Below, in pieces: positions 50,528-60,244 of a DNA stretch of 64,000 nucleotides (positions are counted from its first letter, which is position 1; each line of letters starts with the position of its first letter). The stretch is from Dehalococcoidia bacterium (GTDB lineage Bacteria; Chloroflexota; Dehalococcoidia; Lucifugimonadales; Australimonadaceae), in assembly GCA_965219845.1 (NCBI GenBank), contig CBDCOP010000006.1:294670-358669 (forward strand), written 5' to 3'. The notes below the pieces were generated by a model. The model had not been told where the DNA came from, did no database searches, and saw only the letters and a program-made list of their open reading frames with translations. The position numbers were made by a program, and so were the translations under genes.

Positions 50528-51508
50528 GTGATGCGACCGCCGACGCTACGGGACGTTTACGAAGCGCGAAAGACCATTGCACCCTATCTGGCCCGTACGC
50601 CGTTGCAGTACTCGGCGGGGCTGAGCCGGTTGTTCGATGCCGAGGTGTACCTGAAGCATGAGGAGCACCATCCACTGGGCGCCTTCAAGGCGCGCGGCGG
50701 CATCAACCTGCTGGCGCACATGACCGAAGAGGAACGGAGCCGGGGACTGATCACCGCATCGACCGGCAACCACGGGCAGTCGATCGCCAACGCTTGCCGC
50801 ATATTCGAAGCAAGGGCGCTCATCGCGTTGCCGCAGAGGGACCCCAACCCGCTGAAGGTGGCAGCCATGGAAGCGTTGGGCGCAGAGCTGGTCTTCCACG
50901 GGGAAAACTTCGACGAGGCGAAGGCCTACTCCGAACGGCTGGCCGCGGAAGAGGGCTACCGCTATGTGCATCCCGCGAACGAACCACTGCTCATAGCGGG
51001 CGTGGCAACGCAGGCGTTGGAGATCATCGAAGACCTGCCTGACGTGGAGGTGCTGTACCTCCCGTTGGGAGGCGGCAGCGGCGTAGCCGGCGCCTGCGTG
51101 GTCGCCAGTGCGGTCGCTCCGGACATCAGGGTCCGGGCCGTGCAGTCGGAAGGAGCGCCGGCCGGTTACCTGTCCTGGCAGCGAGGCGAAATGGCGTTTG
51201 CTCCGATGAACACGTTTGCGGAGGGCATAGCCACGATGTCCGGCAACGAACTTCCCCAGCAGATCATCCGTCATACGTTGGACGACTTCGTGCTCGTCAG
51301 CGACGACGAGATACGCCAGGCCGTCGGTCTGCTGATCGAGAAGGCGCACACGATGGCAGAAGGCGCGGGGGCGGCGGCCACGGCGGGAGCGTACAAGCAA
51401 CGGGCATCGTTGACCGGCAGGAAGGTGTCCATCACCGTGAGCGGCGGAAACACCACCACAGCCCAGCTCATCGACGCGCTGGAAACGTACGCTAGGATGC
51501 GGGAGTAG
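50528..51508 (+). CDS. PLP-dependent threonine/serine dehydratase (catabolic type, no ACT domain)
   Basis: GTG-ATG start after GAGAGGA. PLP-Lys context HHPLGAFKARGG and glycine loop LGGGSGVAG. 326 aa. Confidence 0.85.
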   Translation: MMRPPTLRDVYEARKTIAPYLARTPLQYSAGLSRLFDAEVYLKHEEHHPLGAFKARGGINLLAHMTEEERSRGLITASTGNHGQSIANACRIFEARALIALPQRDPNPLKVAAMEALGAELVFHGENFDEAKAYSERLAAEEGYRYVHPANEPLLIAGVATQALEIIEDLPDVEVLYLPLGGGSGVAGACVVASAVAPDIRVRAVQSEGAPAGYLSWQRGEMAFAPMNTFAEGIATMSGNELPQQIIRHTLDDFVLVSDDEIRQAVGLLIEKAHTMAEGAGAAATAGAYKQRASLTGRKVSITVSGGNTTTAQLIDALETYARMRE

Positions 51509-51537
51509 GCTCCCGCACACCCAACCCCACCCACAAA

Positions 51538-51648
51538 GGCCCTCACCCTAACCCTCTCCCTCAGGAGAGGGGACCAGCCCGCGTACACCCACCCCGCCCC
51601 CGGAGTACCCTCACCCTAGCCCTCTCCCCTTGTAGGGAGAGGGGATCG
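51538..51648. repeat. REP cluster (A', A)
   Basis: GGCCCTCACCCTAACCCTCTCCCTCAGGAGAGGGGACCAGCC and GGAGTACCCTCACCCTAGCCCTCTCCCCTTGTAGGGAGAGGGGATCGG. Confidence 0.9.
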
Positions 51649-51709
51649 GCCGGTGCTGCGGGGCGGGCGTGCTATCCTTGCCGTATCCCTGTTCCCTGCC
51701 GGAGTTGCG

Positions 51710-53959
51710 ATGGTTGCTCAACCCACCGGGCGCGCTATCGGTGTGCCCACCCCCCGAGTCGACGGCGTCGAGAAAGCAACGGGCCGCGCCGTCTACACCG
51801 CCGACGTACAGTTGGATGGGGCGCTCTTTGCCAAGACGCTGCGTTGTCCCTTTCCCCATGCCCGCATCCTCTCCATAGACACGTCCGCGGCAGAGCGGGC
51901 GCCCGGCGTGCACGCCGTTGTCACCGGCGCGGACATCTACGAGGGCGCTCGGCACGGACGCGCGGTGCTGGACGTTCCCGTGCTTGCGCAGGGCGTCGCC
52001 CGGTTCATCGGCGAGCAGGTCGCGGCCGTGGCCGCGGACGACGAGGACATCGCACAGCGCGCACTCGACCTCATCGAAGTGGAATACGAAGAGTTGCCCG
52101 CCGTGCTGACGATGGACGAAGCGAAGGCGGAGGGCGCGCCGCTCGTGCACGAGGACATGCTGCAGGTGAAGGGCTACCCGAAGGAGGTAACCGAGCCGAG
52201 CAACGTCTACACCGTCTGGGAGTGGGCGAAGGGCGACGTCGAGGCGGGGATGGCGGAGGCCGACGTGATCGTGGAGAACACGTTCACGACGCCGCGCCAG
52301 CACCAGGCGTACCTGGAGCCGCACACCTGCCTCGTGGCGGCGCACCCGTCAGGCAAGGTGGACGTGTGGGCTGCGAACAAGTCGCCCCACCCGGGCAAGC
52401 GGATGGTGGCCATGGCGCTAGGGCTGGACGCCGGGGACGTGGTATTCAACCCCGTCACCATAGGCGGCGACTTCGGGGGCAAGGGCTCCGCGATGGCGAT
52501 ACCCATCGCGTGGATGCTTTCCACGCGCTCCGACAGGCCAGTGAAGATCGTGTTCGACTACTCGGAAGACCTCACGTCCGCTAACCCACGCCACGAGTCC
52601 CGTGTCACAGTGCGCACCGGCGCGACGCGCGAAGGCATCATCCTGGCGCATGAGGCGCTGGTGGAATACAACAGCGGCGCGTACGCCGGCTTCAAGCCCG
52701 GCGGGCACCTCGGCGGCGCCAGCGCCGCGGCGGGACCGTACCGGGCGGCGAACACACGCATCGTGGAGCACCAGGTCTACACGAACAACGTGCCGTGCGG
52801 GTACATGCGCGGCCCGGGAGAGCCGCAGGCGATGTTCGCGGTGGAGTCGCAGATCGACTGCCTCGCGGCGGCGCTGGGGATGGACCCCGCGGAGTTGCGC
52901 CGCCGGAACCTCGTTATCGAGGGCGAGCAGGACTCGCTTGGCACCGTGTTCGAGCAGGTGCGTTCCATCGAAACGCTGGATGCCGCACTGGACGCGGCGG
53001 GCTATGCCAAGCCGAGGCCCTCGGACGAACGTCTCGCTTATGGCAGGGGCGTCGCCATCGGCGAGCGCGTGCAGGCAGGCGGCGAGACGCACGCGGGTGT
53101 GACGTTGCACCCGGACGGATCGGTAACGGTCAACACCTCCGTCTTCGAACAGGGCACCGGCTCCTACACCGTGATGCAGCAGATCGTCGCGGACGAACTG
53201 CGCCTGCCGATCGAGCAGGTGCGCGTCGCCGTGTGGGACACTGCGAGCACGTCGTTCGACTCCGGCATCGGCGGCGCGCGGGTGACGCGGATGGCGAGCG
53301 CGGCGGTGTGGAACGCGGCGCAGGCCGCCAAGGGCGAACTGTTCAAGCTGGCGGCGGACATCCTCGGCTGGCCGGAGGACACGTTGGAGGTGGACGGACC
53401 GGCGCTGCGGCGGACCGACTCCAGCGAGACCATCGAGTGGGCGTCGCTGGCGGAGCGCACCGGCGCCCCCATCGTGGGCCTGGGCGACGTGCAGGACACG
53501 GCCAGGAACCCCTACACCGCGTTCACGGCGCAGGTCGCCGAGGTGGCGGTCGACCGGGAGACGGGACAGGTGAGACTGCTGACGATGACCACGGCTCACG
53601 ACACCGGCAAGATACTCAATCCCATCGGCCACCAGGGGCAGGTCAACGGCGGGCTCGTGCAGGGCATCGGTTTCGGCCTGCAGGAGGAGTTGGCGGTCGA
53701 GGACGGACGCGTCACCACGGCATCGTTCGCCGACTACAAGATCCCAACGGTTGCCGACCTTCCGGAGCTGCGCACGGTGCTGCTGGACGAGGACCAGGGC
53801 GGCGGTTGGGGCCCGTACCAGGTCAAGGGCATCGGCGAGCAGTCCAACTCGCAGGCCGCCCCCGCCATAGCGAACGCCGTCGCCGACGCCGTTGGGGTGC
53901 GCATACGCGACCTTCCCGTAACGGCGGAGAAGGTGTACCAGGCACTGCACGCTCGATGA
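51710..53959 (+). CDS. Molybdopterin-binding subunit of a xanthine dehydrogenase / aldehyde oxidase / CoxL-family oxidoreductase
   Basis: ATG at 51710 in ORF 51653..53959. N-terminal a/b-hammerhead pattern PRVDGVEKATGRAVYTADV...HARILSIDTS..A...PGVHAVVTGADI. 749 aa. Confidence 0.85.
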   Translation: MVAQPTGRAIGVPTPRVDGVEKATGRAVYTADVQLDGALFAKTLRCPFPHARILSIDTSAAERAPGVHAVVTGADIYEGARHGRAVLDVPVLAQGVARFIGEQVAAVAADDEDIAQRALDLIEVEYEELPAVLTMDEAKAEGAPLVHEDMLQVKGYPKEVTEPSNVYTVWEWAKGDVEAGMAEADVIVENTFTTPRQHQAYLEPHTCLVAAHPSGKVDVWAANKSPHPGKRMVAMALGLDAGDVVFNPVTIGGDFGGKGSAMAIPIAWMLSTRSDRPVKIVFDYSEDLTSANPRHESRVTVRTGATREGIILAHEALVEYNSGAYAGFKPGGHLGGASAAAGPYRAANTRIVEHQVYTNNVPCGYMRGPGEPQAMFAVESQIDCLAAALGMDPAELRRRNLVIEGEQDSLGTVFEQVRSIETLDAALDAAGYAKPRPSDERLAYGRGVAIGERVQAGGETHAGVTLHPDGSVTVNTSVFEQGTGSYTVMQQIVADELRLPIEQVRVAVWDTASTSFDSGIGGARVTRMASAAVWNAAQAAKGELFKLAADILGWPEDTLEVDGPALRRTDSSETIEWASLAERTGAPIVGLGDVQDTARNPYTAFTAQVAEVAVDRETGQVRLLTMTTAHDTGKILNPIGHQGQVNGGLVQGIGFGLQEELAVEDGRVTTASFADYKIPTVADLPELRTVLLDEDQGGGWGPYQVKGIGEQSNSQAAPAIANAVADAVGVRIRDLPVTAEKVYQALHAR

Positions 53960-54006
53960 GGCGTCAGCCGGAGACCGGGGAGGCACCCCTTGGTCAGGAG
54001 GGGACC

Positions 54007-55224
54007 GTGGGGGGACGCGGACCCCGCACGTTCTCGGCGATGGCGTACGCACAGTACCGGCGCTTGTGGGGCGGCACGTTCTTCACGTTCTCCGCAGGGC
54101 AGATGACCATCATCGCACGTCCGTGGCTCGCCTACGAACTGACAGGGTCCGCGTTCTGGGTGGGGGTTGTGGCGCTCGGACAGGGCATCCCCATGTTCTT
54201 CATGTCACCACTGGGCGGAGTGGCAGCGGACAAGCTCTCGAAACGGGCGGTGCTGCTCGCCTCGCAGACCGCGTTGTTGGTGATGGCGCTCGTCCTCGTC
54301 GTGGTGCTCTACCTTGAGGTCGTGGAAGTCTGGCACCTCTTGGTGCTTGCGCTCGTACACGGCTCAGCGATGCCGTTCAACATGCCGGTACGGCAGTCAT
54401 ACGTTCCCTTGCTGCTGCCGAGGCGGCTGATCCCGAACGGCGTCGCGTTGCAAGCGGCGGGGCGGAACGTCAACCAGGTCGCCGCGCCGGGCGTTGCCGG
54501 CATCCTGCTGGGGATCGACCCACTCATCGCGTTCGTCACCATAGCGTCGTTCCACGTGCTCTCGATGGCGATGTCGCTGACCTTCCCGGCGGGGCGCCCG
54601 GAACAGCAGCGCAGCCGCGGGATGCGCGGCGAGCTGCTGTTGGGGTTCCGCTACGTCTTCTCGACGCCGCTTCTGCGGCTGCTGTTCGGAATGTTGGTCA
54701 TCATGCTGGTGCTCGGCATGCCTTACGTGCACCTGTTGCCGGTGTTCCAGGAGGTGCTGAGCATCGGCCCGGAACTGCTGGGCTTCATGTACGCGGCGAC
54801 AGGTCTGGGCGGGTTCTGCGGGTCGCTGACGGTCGCGTCGTTCACGCGGCTGGCTGGCGGCCTGCCGCAGATGATCGCTGGGATAGGTTTCGGAGTGGCG
54901 CTGGCGGCATTCGCGCTGTCGCCCTCCTACGCACTCAGCATCGCGCTGCTCTTCTGCACGGGCTTCGCGCACCAGGCGTACACCACCATCAACCAGACGC
55001 TCATCATCACGCGGACGGACCCGGCACTGTACGGGCGCGTGATGAGCATCAACCTCATGATGCGCTCGTTCATCACCATGGCCATCCTGCCGTTCGGTGC
55101 GCTGGTCGACCAGTTCGGCGCGCCGGTCACCCTCGCGGCCGCCGGCGGGATACTCGCCGGATCGCTGCTGCTCATCGGCCTGGTGCGAGGAACGACGATA
55201 CCGGAGGGCGTGCGGGGTGCGTGA
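54007..55224 (+). CDS. MFS transporter (MFS_3/EntS-like)
   Basis: Tail of ORF 52795..55224. GTG at 54007 lies 4 nt after AGGAGGG (an ATG at 54040 is also possible). YRRLWGGTFFTFSAGQM start typical of this group. Confidence 0.8.
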   Translation: MGGRGPRTFSAMAYAQYRRLWGGTFFTFSAGQMTIIARPWLAYELTGSAFWVGVVALGQGIPMFFMSPLGGVAADKLSKRAVLLASQTALLVMALVLVVVLYLEVVEVWHLLVLALVHGSAMPFNMPVRQSYVPLLLPRRLIPNGVALQAAGRNVNQVAAPGVAGILLGIDPLIAFVTIASFHVLSMAMSLTFPAGRPEQQRSRGMRGELLLGFRYVFSTPLLRLLFGMLVIMLVLGMPYVHLLPVFQEVLSIGPELLGFMYAATGLGGFCGSLTVASFTRLAGGLPQMIAGIGFGVALAAFALSPSYALSIALLFCTGFAHQAYTTINQTLIITRTDPALYGRVMSINLMMRSFITMAILPFGALVDQFGAPVTLAAAGGILAGSLLLIGLVRGTTIPEGVRGA

Positions 55225-55315
55225 TGGGGGGCGTGCCGTCCCCCATGTCCCATCGGGTAGACTCTGTGATGCCTCGCAAGGGCGCCGCCCGGGGTACAGT
55301 TGGCAGGAGGGCAGA

Positions 55316-55834
55316 GTGGGTGTGCAAGCGATGACGGTCTCGGTGACGGAAGACGTCCTCGCCGTCCAGCTGTCGGACGGTCGCGACATCTCCGTGCCGT
55401 TGTCCTGGTACCCCCGGCTGGTCCATGCGACGCCGGAGGAGCGAGGACGCTGGGAACTCATCGGCGGGGGAGAGGGCATCCATTGGCCCGACCTGGACGA
55501 AGACATCAGCGTCGAGATGCTGCTGGCGGGCCGAAAGTCGGGTGAGAGCCGGCGGTCCTTCAAGCAGTGGCTGGAGGCGAAACGGGCGGGCAGGGGACTC
55601 ACTCTGTACGAGCTCCCGGTTACGAGGAAAAAGCCGGTGGGTGAGCACGACGCCTCAAAGAGCCGGCTCGACACCGACGGGCCGGTGATCACGAAGCACA
55701 GCAAGCCTGTCGCTCGCGTCGTTCCCTATGACCGCCGGGACGCCGACCTCATCGGGAGCCTGCGGCACAAGATCGAAGTGAAGGGCGACATCTTCACGAC
55801 CGGCGTCCGCTGGGATGCAGTTGCTGAATCTTGA
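55316..55834 (+). CDS. DUF2442-domain protein fused in frame to a truncated Phd/YefM-type antitoxin
   Basis: GTG at 55316 lies 5 nt after AGGAGG (ATG at 55331 also possible). N-terminal half LAVQLSDGRDISVPLSWYPRLVHATPEERGRWELIGGGEGIHWPDLDEDISVEMLL. C-terminal half GPVITKHSKPVARVVPY...GSLRHKIEVKGDIFTTGVRWDA. Confidence 0.6.
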   Translation: MGVQAMTVSVTEDVLAVQLSDGRDISVPLSWYPRLVHATPEERGRWELIGGGEGIHWPDLDEDISVEMLLAGRKSGESRRSFKQWLEAKRAGRGLTLYELPVTRKKPVGEHDASKSRLDTDGPVITKHSKPVARVVPYDRRDADLIGSLRHKIEVKGDIFTTGVRWDAVAES

Positions 55835-56001
55835 TATGGCGTCCCGTTGCTTACGCGCGACCGCGTCATGAGGCGCTCGAAGGCTGTCCCCATAGCCTCG
55901 TAGAGGCCGTTCCGTACCGGCACACAGCGTGGTACGGCGTTGCCCGCCGCCGCCGCGCTCGGTAGACTGCGAATGCGTGGAACGCACAGGGAGAGCGCGT
56001 T

Positions 56002-56310
56002 ATGACGACGGACGACCGCAACTCAGACGTCATCAGAGCAATGGCGCAAGGCATGGAAGACCTCATCGCTGGCCAAGTGCGGCTGGGGGCCGCGTTAGAG
56101 CAACTTGCGGATGGCCAGCGGATGATAGTGACTGCCCTCGAAGACCTGACCAAAGCGCAGGCTGAACTAGCCAGAGCGCAGGGCAGTATCGAGGAAGTCG
56201 TGCGGGAACTGGCGGACACGCAACGGCAACTGGCCAGCACGCAGCAGTCAATCATCAAGGTGGTCAGCCAGTTGCAGGTGGATGTGGCAACATTGATCGA
56301 GCGAGAGTGA
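56002..56310 (+). CDS. Coiled-coil protein of unknown function
   Basis: 102-aa ORF after GGGAGAG. Heptad-rich, low-complexity A/Q/E/L sequence. No recognisable catalytic motif. Confidence 0.45.
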   Translation: MTTDDRNSDVIRAMAQGMEDLIAGQVRLGAALEQLADGQRMIVTALEDLTKAQAELARAQGSIEEVVRELADTQRQLASTQQSIIKVVSQLQVDVATLIERE

Positions 56311-56327
56311 CGGGACCAGACCCTGTA

Positions 56328-56485
56328 CAGGGCTGCTGGATTCCCGCCTTCGCGGGAATGACGGAGAAGGGTGGGAGTGACAGGACCGGGCCCCCGATCC
56401 AGGGCTGCTGGATTCCCGCTTTCGCGGGAATGACGAGAAGGGCGGGGATGACGGGAAAGTTGGGATGACGAGAAGGCGAGAGTGA
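56328..56485. repeat. REP cluster (two C units in a ~70-bp tandem duplication)
   Basis: CAGGGCTGCTGGATTCCCGCCTTCGCGGGAATGACGGAGAAGGG... occurs twice (from 56328 and 56400). Confidence 0.9.
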
Positions 56486-56505
56486 CGGCCTCTTGGAGGT
56501 ATGAG

Positions 56506-57882
56506 ATGGACGAACGTATCCGTGACCGGGTCGAGGCTGCTCTGAAAGAAGCGGGCGGCCAGTACGTCGAGGTGCACGTCGAGGAGGCGTCGTCCTCCAC
56601 CATCCGCTACCGTGCCCGCGAGCTTGAGGAGATCGGGCGCGGCAGCGCGATCGGCGGCAACGTCCGGGCGCTCGCAGGCGGCGGCTGGGGGTTCGCGTCG
56701 TTCAACGACCTGGACAGCCTCGAAGCCAAGGTGCGCCAGGCGGTCGATCAGGCGCGCGTCATCGGCGGTGAGCGCGTCGAGCTCGCGGAGACGCCCCCGG
56801 TGGTGGACCACGTTCCGCCCGTGCTGGGGCGCGACCCCGGCGCGCTGTCGCTCGCAGAGAAGAAGGCGGTGCTGGACGAGTATGCGGACGTGATGATGGG
56901 CACGCCGGGCGTGCAGTCCTCCACCGTCGGCTACACGGACGCGCGGCGCCACATGGTGTACGCCAACTCGGAGGGCTCGTACATAGACCAGGAGCGCGTG
57001 GATATCAATCTGCGGCTGAACGCGCAGGCGCGGAACGGCGCGGACGTGCAGCAGTACGGCATCAGCCTGGGCAGCCTGGGCGATTTCGAGTTCGTCATGG
57101 ACCTCCGTGAGAGCGCGAGCGAGGCGGCGGAGAAGGCCGTCGCGCTGTTGAACGCGCCGGAGGTTAAGGGCGGCGAGTACACCGTGATCCTCGACCCCAT
57201 CCTCGCGGGCGTTTTCATCCACGAGGCGTTCGGCCACCTCTCCGAGGCGGACCACATCTACGCGGAGCCGCGCCTGCAGGAACTGATGAAGCCCGGCAAG
57301 CGGTTCGGCGGCCCACACCTGAACGTGAAGGACGGTGCGACCATCCCCCGTCCAACGCTGCGAGGCTCCTACCAGTACGACGACGAGGGCGTGCAGGGCC
57401 AGCAGACCGACCTCATCCACGAGGGTGTGCTCGTGGGGCGACTGCACTCGCGAGAGACGGCGGCGAAGCTCGGCGAGCGCCCGACGGGCAACGCGCGGGC
57501 GCTGAACTACCGCTTCGCGCCCATCGTGCGCATGACCAATACGTTCATCGTCCCCGGCGAATCCAGCGTGGACGACCTGTTCGCGGACGTCGAGGATGGG
57601 TTGTACGTGAAGAACTGGTACGGTGGCATGACCTCCATGGAGATGTTCACCTTCTCCGCGGGAGAGGCGTACCGCATCCGCAATGGGAAGATCGCAGAGT
57701 TGTGCAGGCCGGTGATGCTGTCCGGCAACGTCTTCACGACGCTGCACAACATAGACGCCATCGCGGGCGACCTGGAGATGAACGAGGGCGGTGGCTGCGG
57801 CAAGGCGGGGCAGAGCCCCCTGCCGGTCTCCAACGGCAGCCCCCACATCCGCATCCGCCAGTGCCTCATCGGAGGAGCGTAG
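56506..57882 (+). CDS. tldD: TldD-family metalloprotease
   Basis: ATG at 56506, 6 nt after GGAGG. HExxxH-type motif HEAFGHLSEADH and C-terminal GGCGKAGQ. 458 aa. Confidence 0.9.
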   Translation: MDERIRDRVEAALKEAGGQYVEVHVEEASSSTIRYRARELEEIGRGSAIGGNVRALAGGGWGFASFNDLDSLEAKVRQAVDQARVIGGERVELAETPPVVDHVPPVLGRDPGALSLAEKKAVLDEYADVMMGTPGVQSSTVGYTDARRHMVYANSEGSYIDQERVDINLRLNAQARNGADVQQYGISLGSLGDFEFVMDLRESASEAAEKAVALLNAPEVKGGEYTVILDPILAGVFIHEAFGHLSEADHIYAEPRLQELMKPGKRFGGPHLNVKDGATIPRPTLRGSYQYDDEGVQGQQTDLIHEGVLVGRLHSRETAAKLGERPTGNARALNYRFAPIVRMTNTFIVPGESSVDDLFADVEDGLYVKNWYGGMTSMEMFTFSAGEAYRIRNGKIAELCRPVMLSGNVFTTLHNIDAIAGDLEMNEGGGCGKAGQSPLPVSNGSPHIRIRQCLIGGA

Positions 57883-59219
57883 CCATCGTTTCCCCAGAGC
57901 AGGCCAGAGCTGCGGCGGAAGGGATACTGGAGAGAGCACTCCGTTCCGCCGACGAGGCGGAAGTCTTCTACGCCGCGTCGTCCAGCACGCCCGTGCATTT
58001 CGAAGCGAACGTCATCAAGGGGGTGGACGCGAACGATGCGATGGGTGCGGCGCTCCGCATCATCAAGGACGGGCGCGTCGGCTTCAGCTCCACGTCCAAC
58101 CTGGACGATCCGCAGGCGCTGGTGGACGCCGCAGTCGAGACAGCCCCGTTCGGCGCTGAGGCGCAGTTCGAGTTTCCCGAAGTCCAGACCTACCCGGACG
58201 TGCGCCCCTATGACTCCTCCGTGGACGAAGCGACGCTCGAAGAGATGGTGGCGCTGGGCGAACGGGCCATCGCGGAACTGCGCGCGTACTCTACTGAGGC
58301 GCAGGTAGAGGGCGGCGTCGGCAAGTCCACGTCCACCATCGCGCTGGTCAACAGCAGGGGCGGCAGCGTTGCTTACGAGCGGTCCCGTTTCCAGCTGGGG
58401 TTCGAAGGCACCGTGATACGCGGCGAGGACATGCTGTTCACGATGGACAGTGAGAGCAGTATCTCCGCTCTGAGCGACCCCTCCGGCGTCGTGGCTTCGG
58501 TCATCCGCCAGCTCGAATGGGCGAAAGAGACCGCATCGGTCGAGACGAAGTCCATGCCCGTCGTGATGATGCCAACCGCGGTGCGGAGCGTGCTCCTTGC
58601 TCCGTTGCTCGCCGGGCTGAACGGCAAGTCAGTCCTGCAGGGCACGTCGCCGCTAGTGGGGCGGCTGGGCGAGCGCATCGTGGACGAACGGTTCAGCCTG
58701 ACGGACGACCCCACGCTCGCGGGCGTGGCGGGGGCCCGCCCCGCTGACGACGAGTGTGTGGCGAGCCGCCGCCTGCCGCTCATCGCCTCCGGCGCTGCGT
58801 CTGCGTTCTTCTACGACCTGCAGACGGCTGGGCAGGCGGGCGCCGCAAGCACCGGATCAGGCGAGCGCGGGCTCGGCTCGCTGCCGGGGCCGTCGGCGAG
58901 CGTGCTCCTCGTGGACGAGGGCGACGCGACACTGGACGACATCATCGCAAGCATGGACGAGGCGATCATCGTGGAGCGGCTGCTCGGGGCAGGGCAGAGC
59001 AACGTGCTTGGCGGAGACTTCAATGCGAACGTGCTGCTGGGATATAAGGTGGAGCGCGGCCGGGTGGTCGGCCGAGTGAAGAACACGATGATTTCCGGCA
59101 ACGCATACCGGGCGCTGAACGACGTGCTGGCGCTGGGCAGCGAGGGCCGCTGGATGGGCGGCGGGCTACACGCGCCCCCCATAGCGGTCGGTGGCATATC
59201 GGTCTCCAGCAAGGGGTAG
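57861..59219 (+). CDS. pmbA: PmbA/TldE-family protein (TldD partner)
   Basis: Tail of ORF 57702..59219. Conserved N-terminus begins ~57885 (IVSPEQARAAAEGILERAL). Start codon unresolved: GTG 57861 has no SD; ATC 57885 has a perfect SD. Confidence 0.8.
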   Translation: MPHRRSVAIVSPEQARAAAEGILERALRSADEAEVFYAASSSTPVHFEANVIKGVDANDAMGAALRIIKDGRVGFSSTSNLDDPQALVDAAVETAPFGAEAQFEFPEVQTYPDVRPYDSSVDEATLEEMVALGERAIAELRAYSTEAQVEGGVGKSTSTIALVNSRGGSVAYERSRFQLGFEGTVIRGEDMLFTMDSESSISALSDPSGVVASVIRQLEWAKETASVETKSMPVVMMPTAVRSVLLAPLLAGLNGKSVLQGTSPLVGRLGERIVDERFSLTDDPTLAGVAGARPADDECVASRRLPLIASGAASAFFYDLQTAGQAGAASTGSGERGLGSLPGPSASVLLVDEGDATLDDIIASMDEAIIVERLLGAGQSNVLGGDFNANVLLGYKVERGRVVGRVKNTMISGNAYRALNDVLALGSEGRWMGGGLHAPPIAVGGISVSSKG

Positions 59220-59221
59220 AC

Positions 59222-60151
59222 GTGACGCTCGGAGACGTCATCCCCCGACTGCTCGACGCCGGTAGCGAACTGAAGCCGTCGCTCCTTGGAAAGCTCAGCG
59301 GCCTGACACTCGAGGAGCAGCGGGAACTGCTGGGGAGATGGGGTGACATCCCCACGTCCCGGCGGCTCATGATCATCCGCGCCGTGACCGGTATGGCTGA
59401 GGACAACATCGAGATGGAGTTTACCGGGCTGCTGTGCGCCGCGCTCGAGGACGGCGACGTTCCCGTACGGGTAAGCGCCGCTGCCGGACTGTGGGAGACG
59501 GGCGACCGCACCGTCATCGCGCCGCTTGCGGCGATGTTGGAGTGCGACGAGTCCCACGAGGCACGCGCCGCCGCCGCCAGTGCGCTTGGCCACTTCGCCG
59601 AGCTCGCAGAGGAAGGGAAACTGATCGAGCGCGACGCCGCACTGGTGCGGAACGCACTCCTTGGCGCGCTGGAAGACGGCGAGGAAGAGACCGCGGTGCG
59701 CCGCCGCGCGCTGGAAGCGATAGCGCGCATACGCCACCCGGACGTTCCCGGCTGGATACGGTGGGCGTACGGGAGCGGCGAGCCGCTGCTGCGGCAGAGC
59801 GCCGTCTACGCGATGGGGCGCACCTGCGACGCGGTGTGGCTGCCCTTCATCGAGCAGGAGTTCGACAGCAGCGTGGCGGCTATGCGTTTCGAGGCGGCCA
59901 ACGCTGCCCGTGAGCTCGCGGACCCGAAGACGCTGCCCCACCTCCACGGACTGGTGACCGACGACGACCCGCAGGTCGCGCTCGCCGCGGTGCAGGCTAT
60001 CGGAGGCATCGGCGGCGCGGCGGCGCGGAAGCTGCTCAAACACTACGTCGATGAGGGCGACCCCACGCTGAGCGAGGCCGCCCAGGAAGCGTTGCGCGTG
60101 CTCGAAGCCGACGAAGGGGACTTCTCGATGCTGACGCTGGAGGAGCGATAG
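59222..60151 (+). CDS. HEAT-repeat (PBS-lyase HEAT-like) protein
   Basis: GTG 3 nt after the pmbA stop. Repeated DxxVRxxAAxALG-type units (DGDVPVRVSAAAGLW, HEARAAAASALGH, ETAVRRRALEAIA, DPQVALAAVQAIG). Confidence 0.7.
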   Translation: MTLGDVIPRLLDAGSELKPSLLGKLSGLTLEEQRELLGRWGDIPTSRRLMIIRAVTGMAEDNIEMEFTGLLCAALEDGDVPVRVSAAAGLWETGDRTVIAPLAAMLECDESHEARAAAASALGHFAELAEEGKLIERDAALVRNALLGALEDGEEETAVRRRALEAIARIRHPDVPGWIRWAYGSGEPLLRQSAVYAMGRTCDAVWLPFIEQEFDSSVAAMRFEAANAARELADPKTLPHLHGLVTDDDPQVALAAVQAIGGIGGAAARKLLKHYVDEGDPTLSEAAQEALRVLEADEGDFSMLTLEER

Positions 60152-60244
60152 GCATGGCGGGCCCCGGGCGATCGGCAATCGCATATCCTGTGTGGGTCTG
60201 CCAGTGGTGGGCTTGCCGCAACGACCTCCGTTCTGCCTCGAAGG

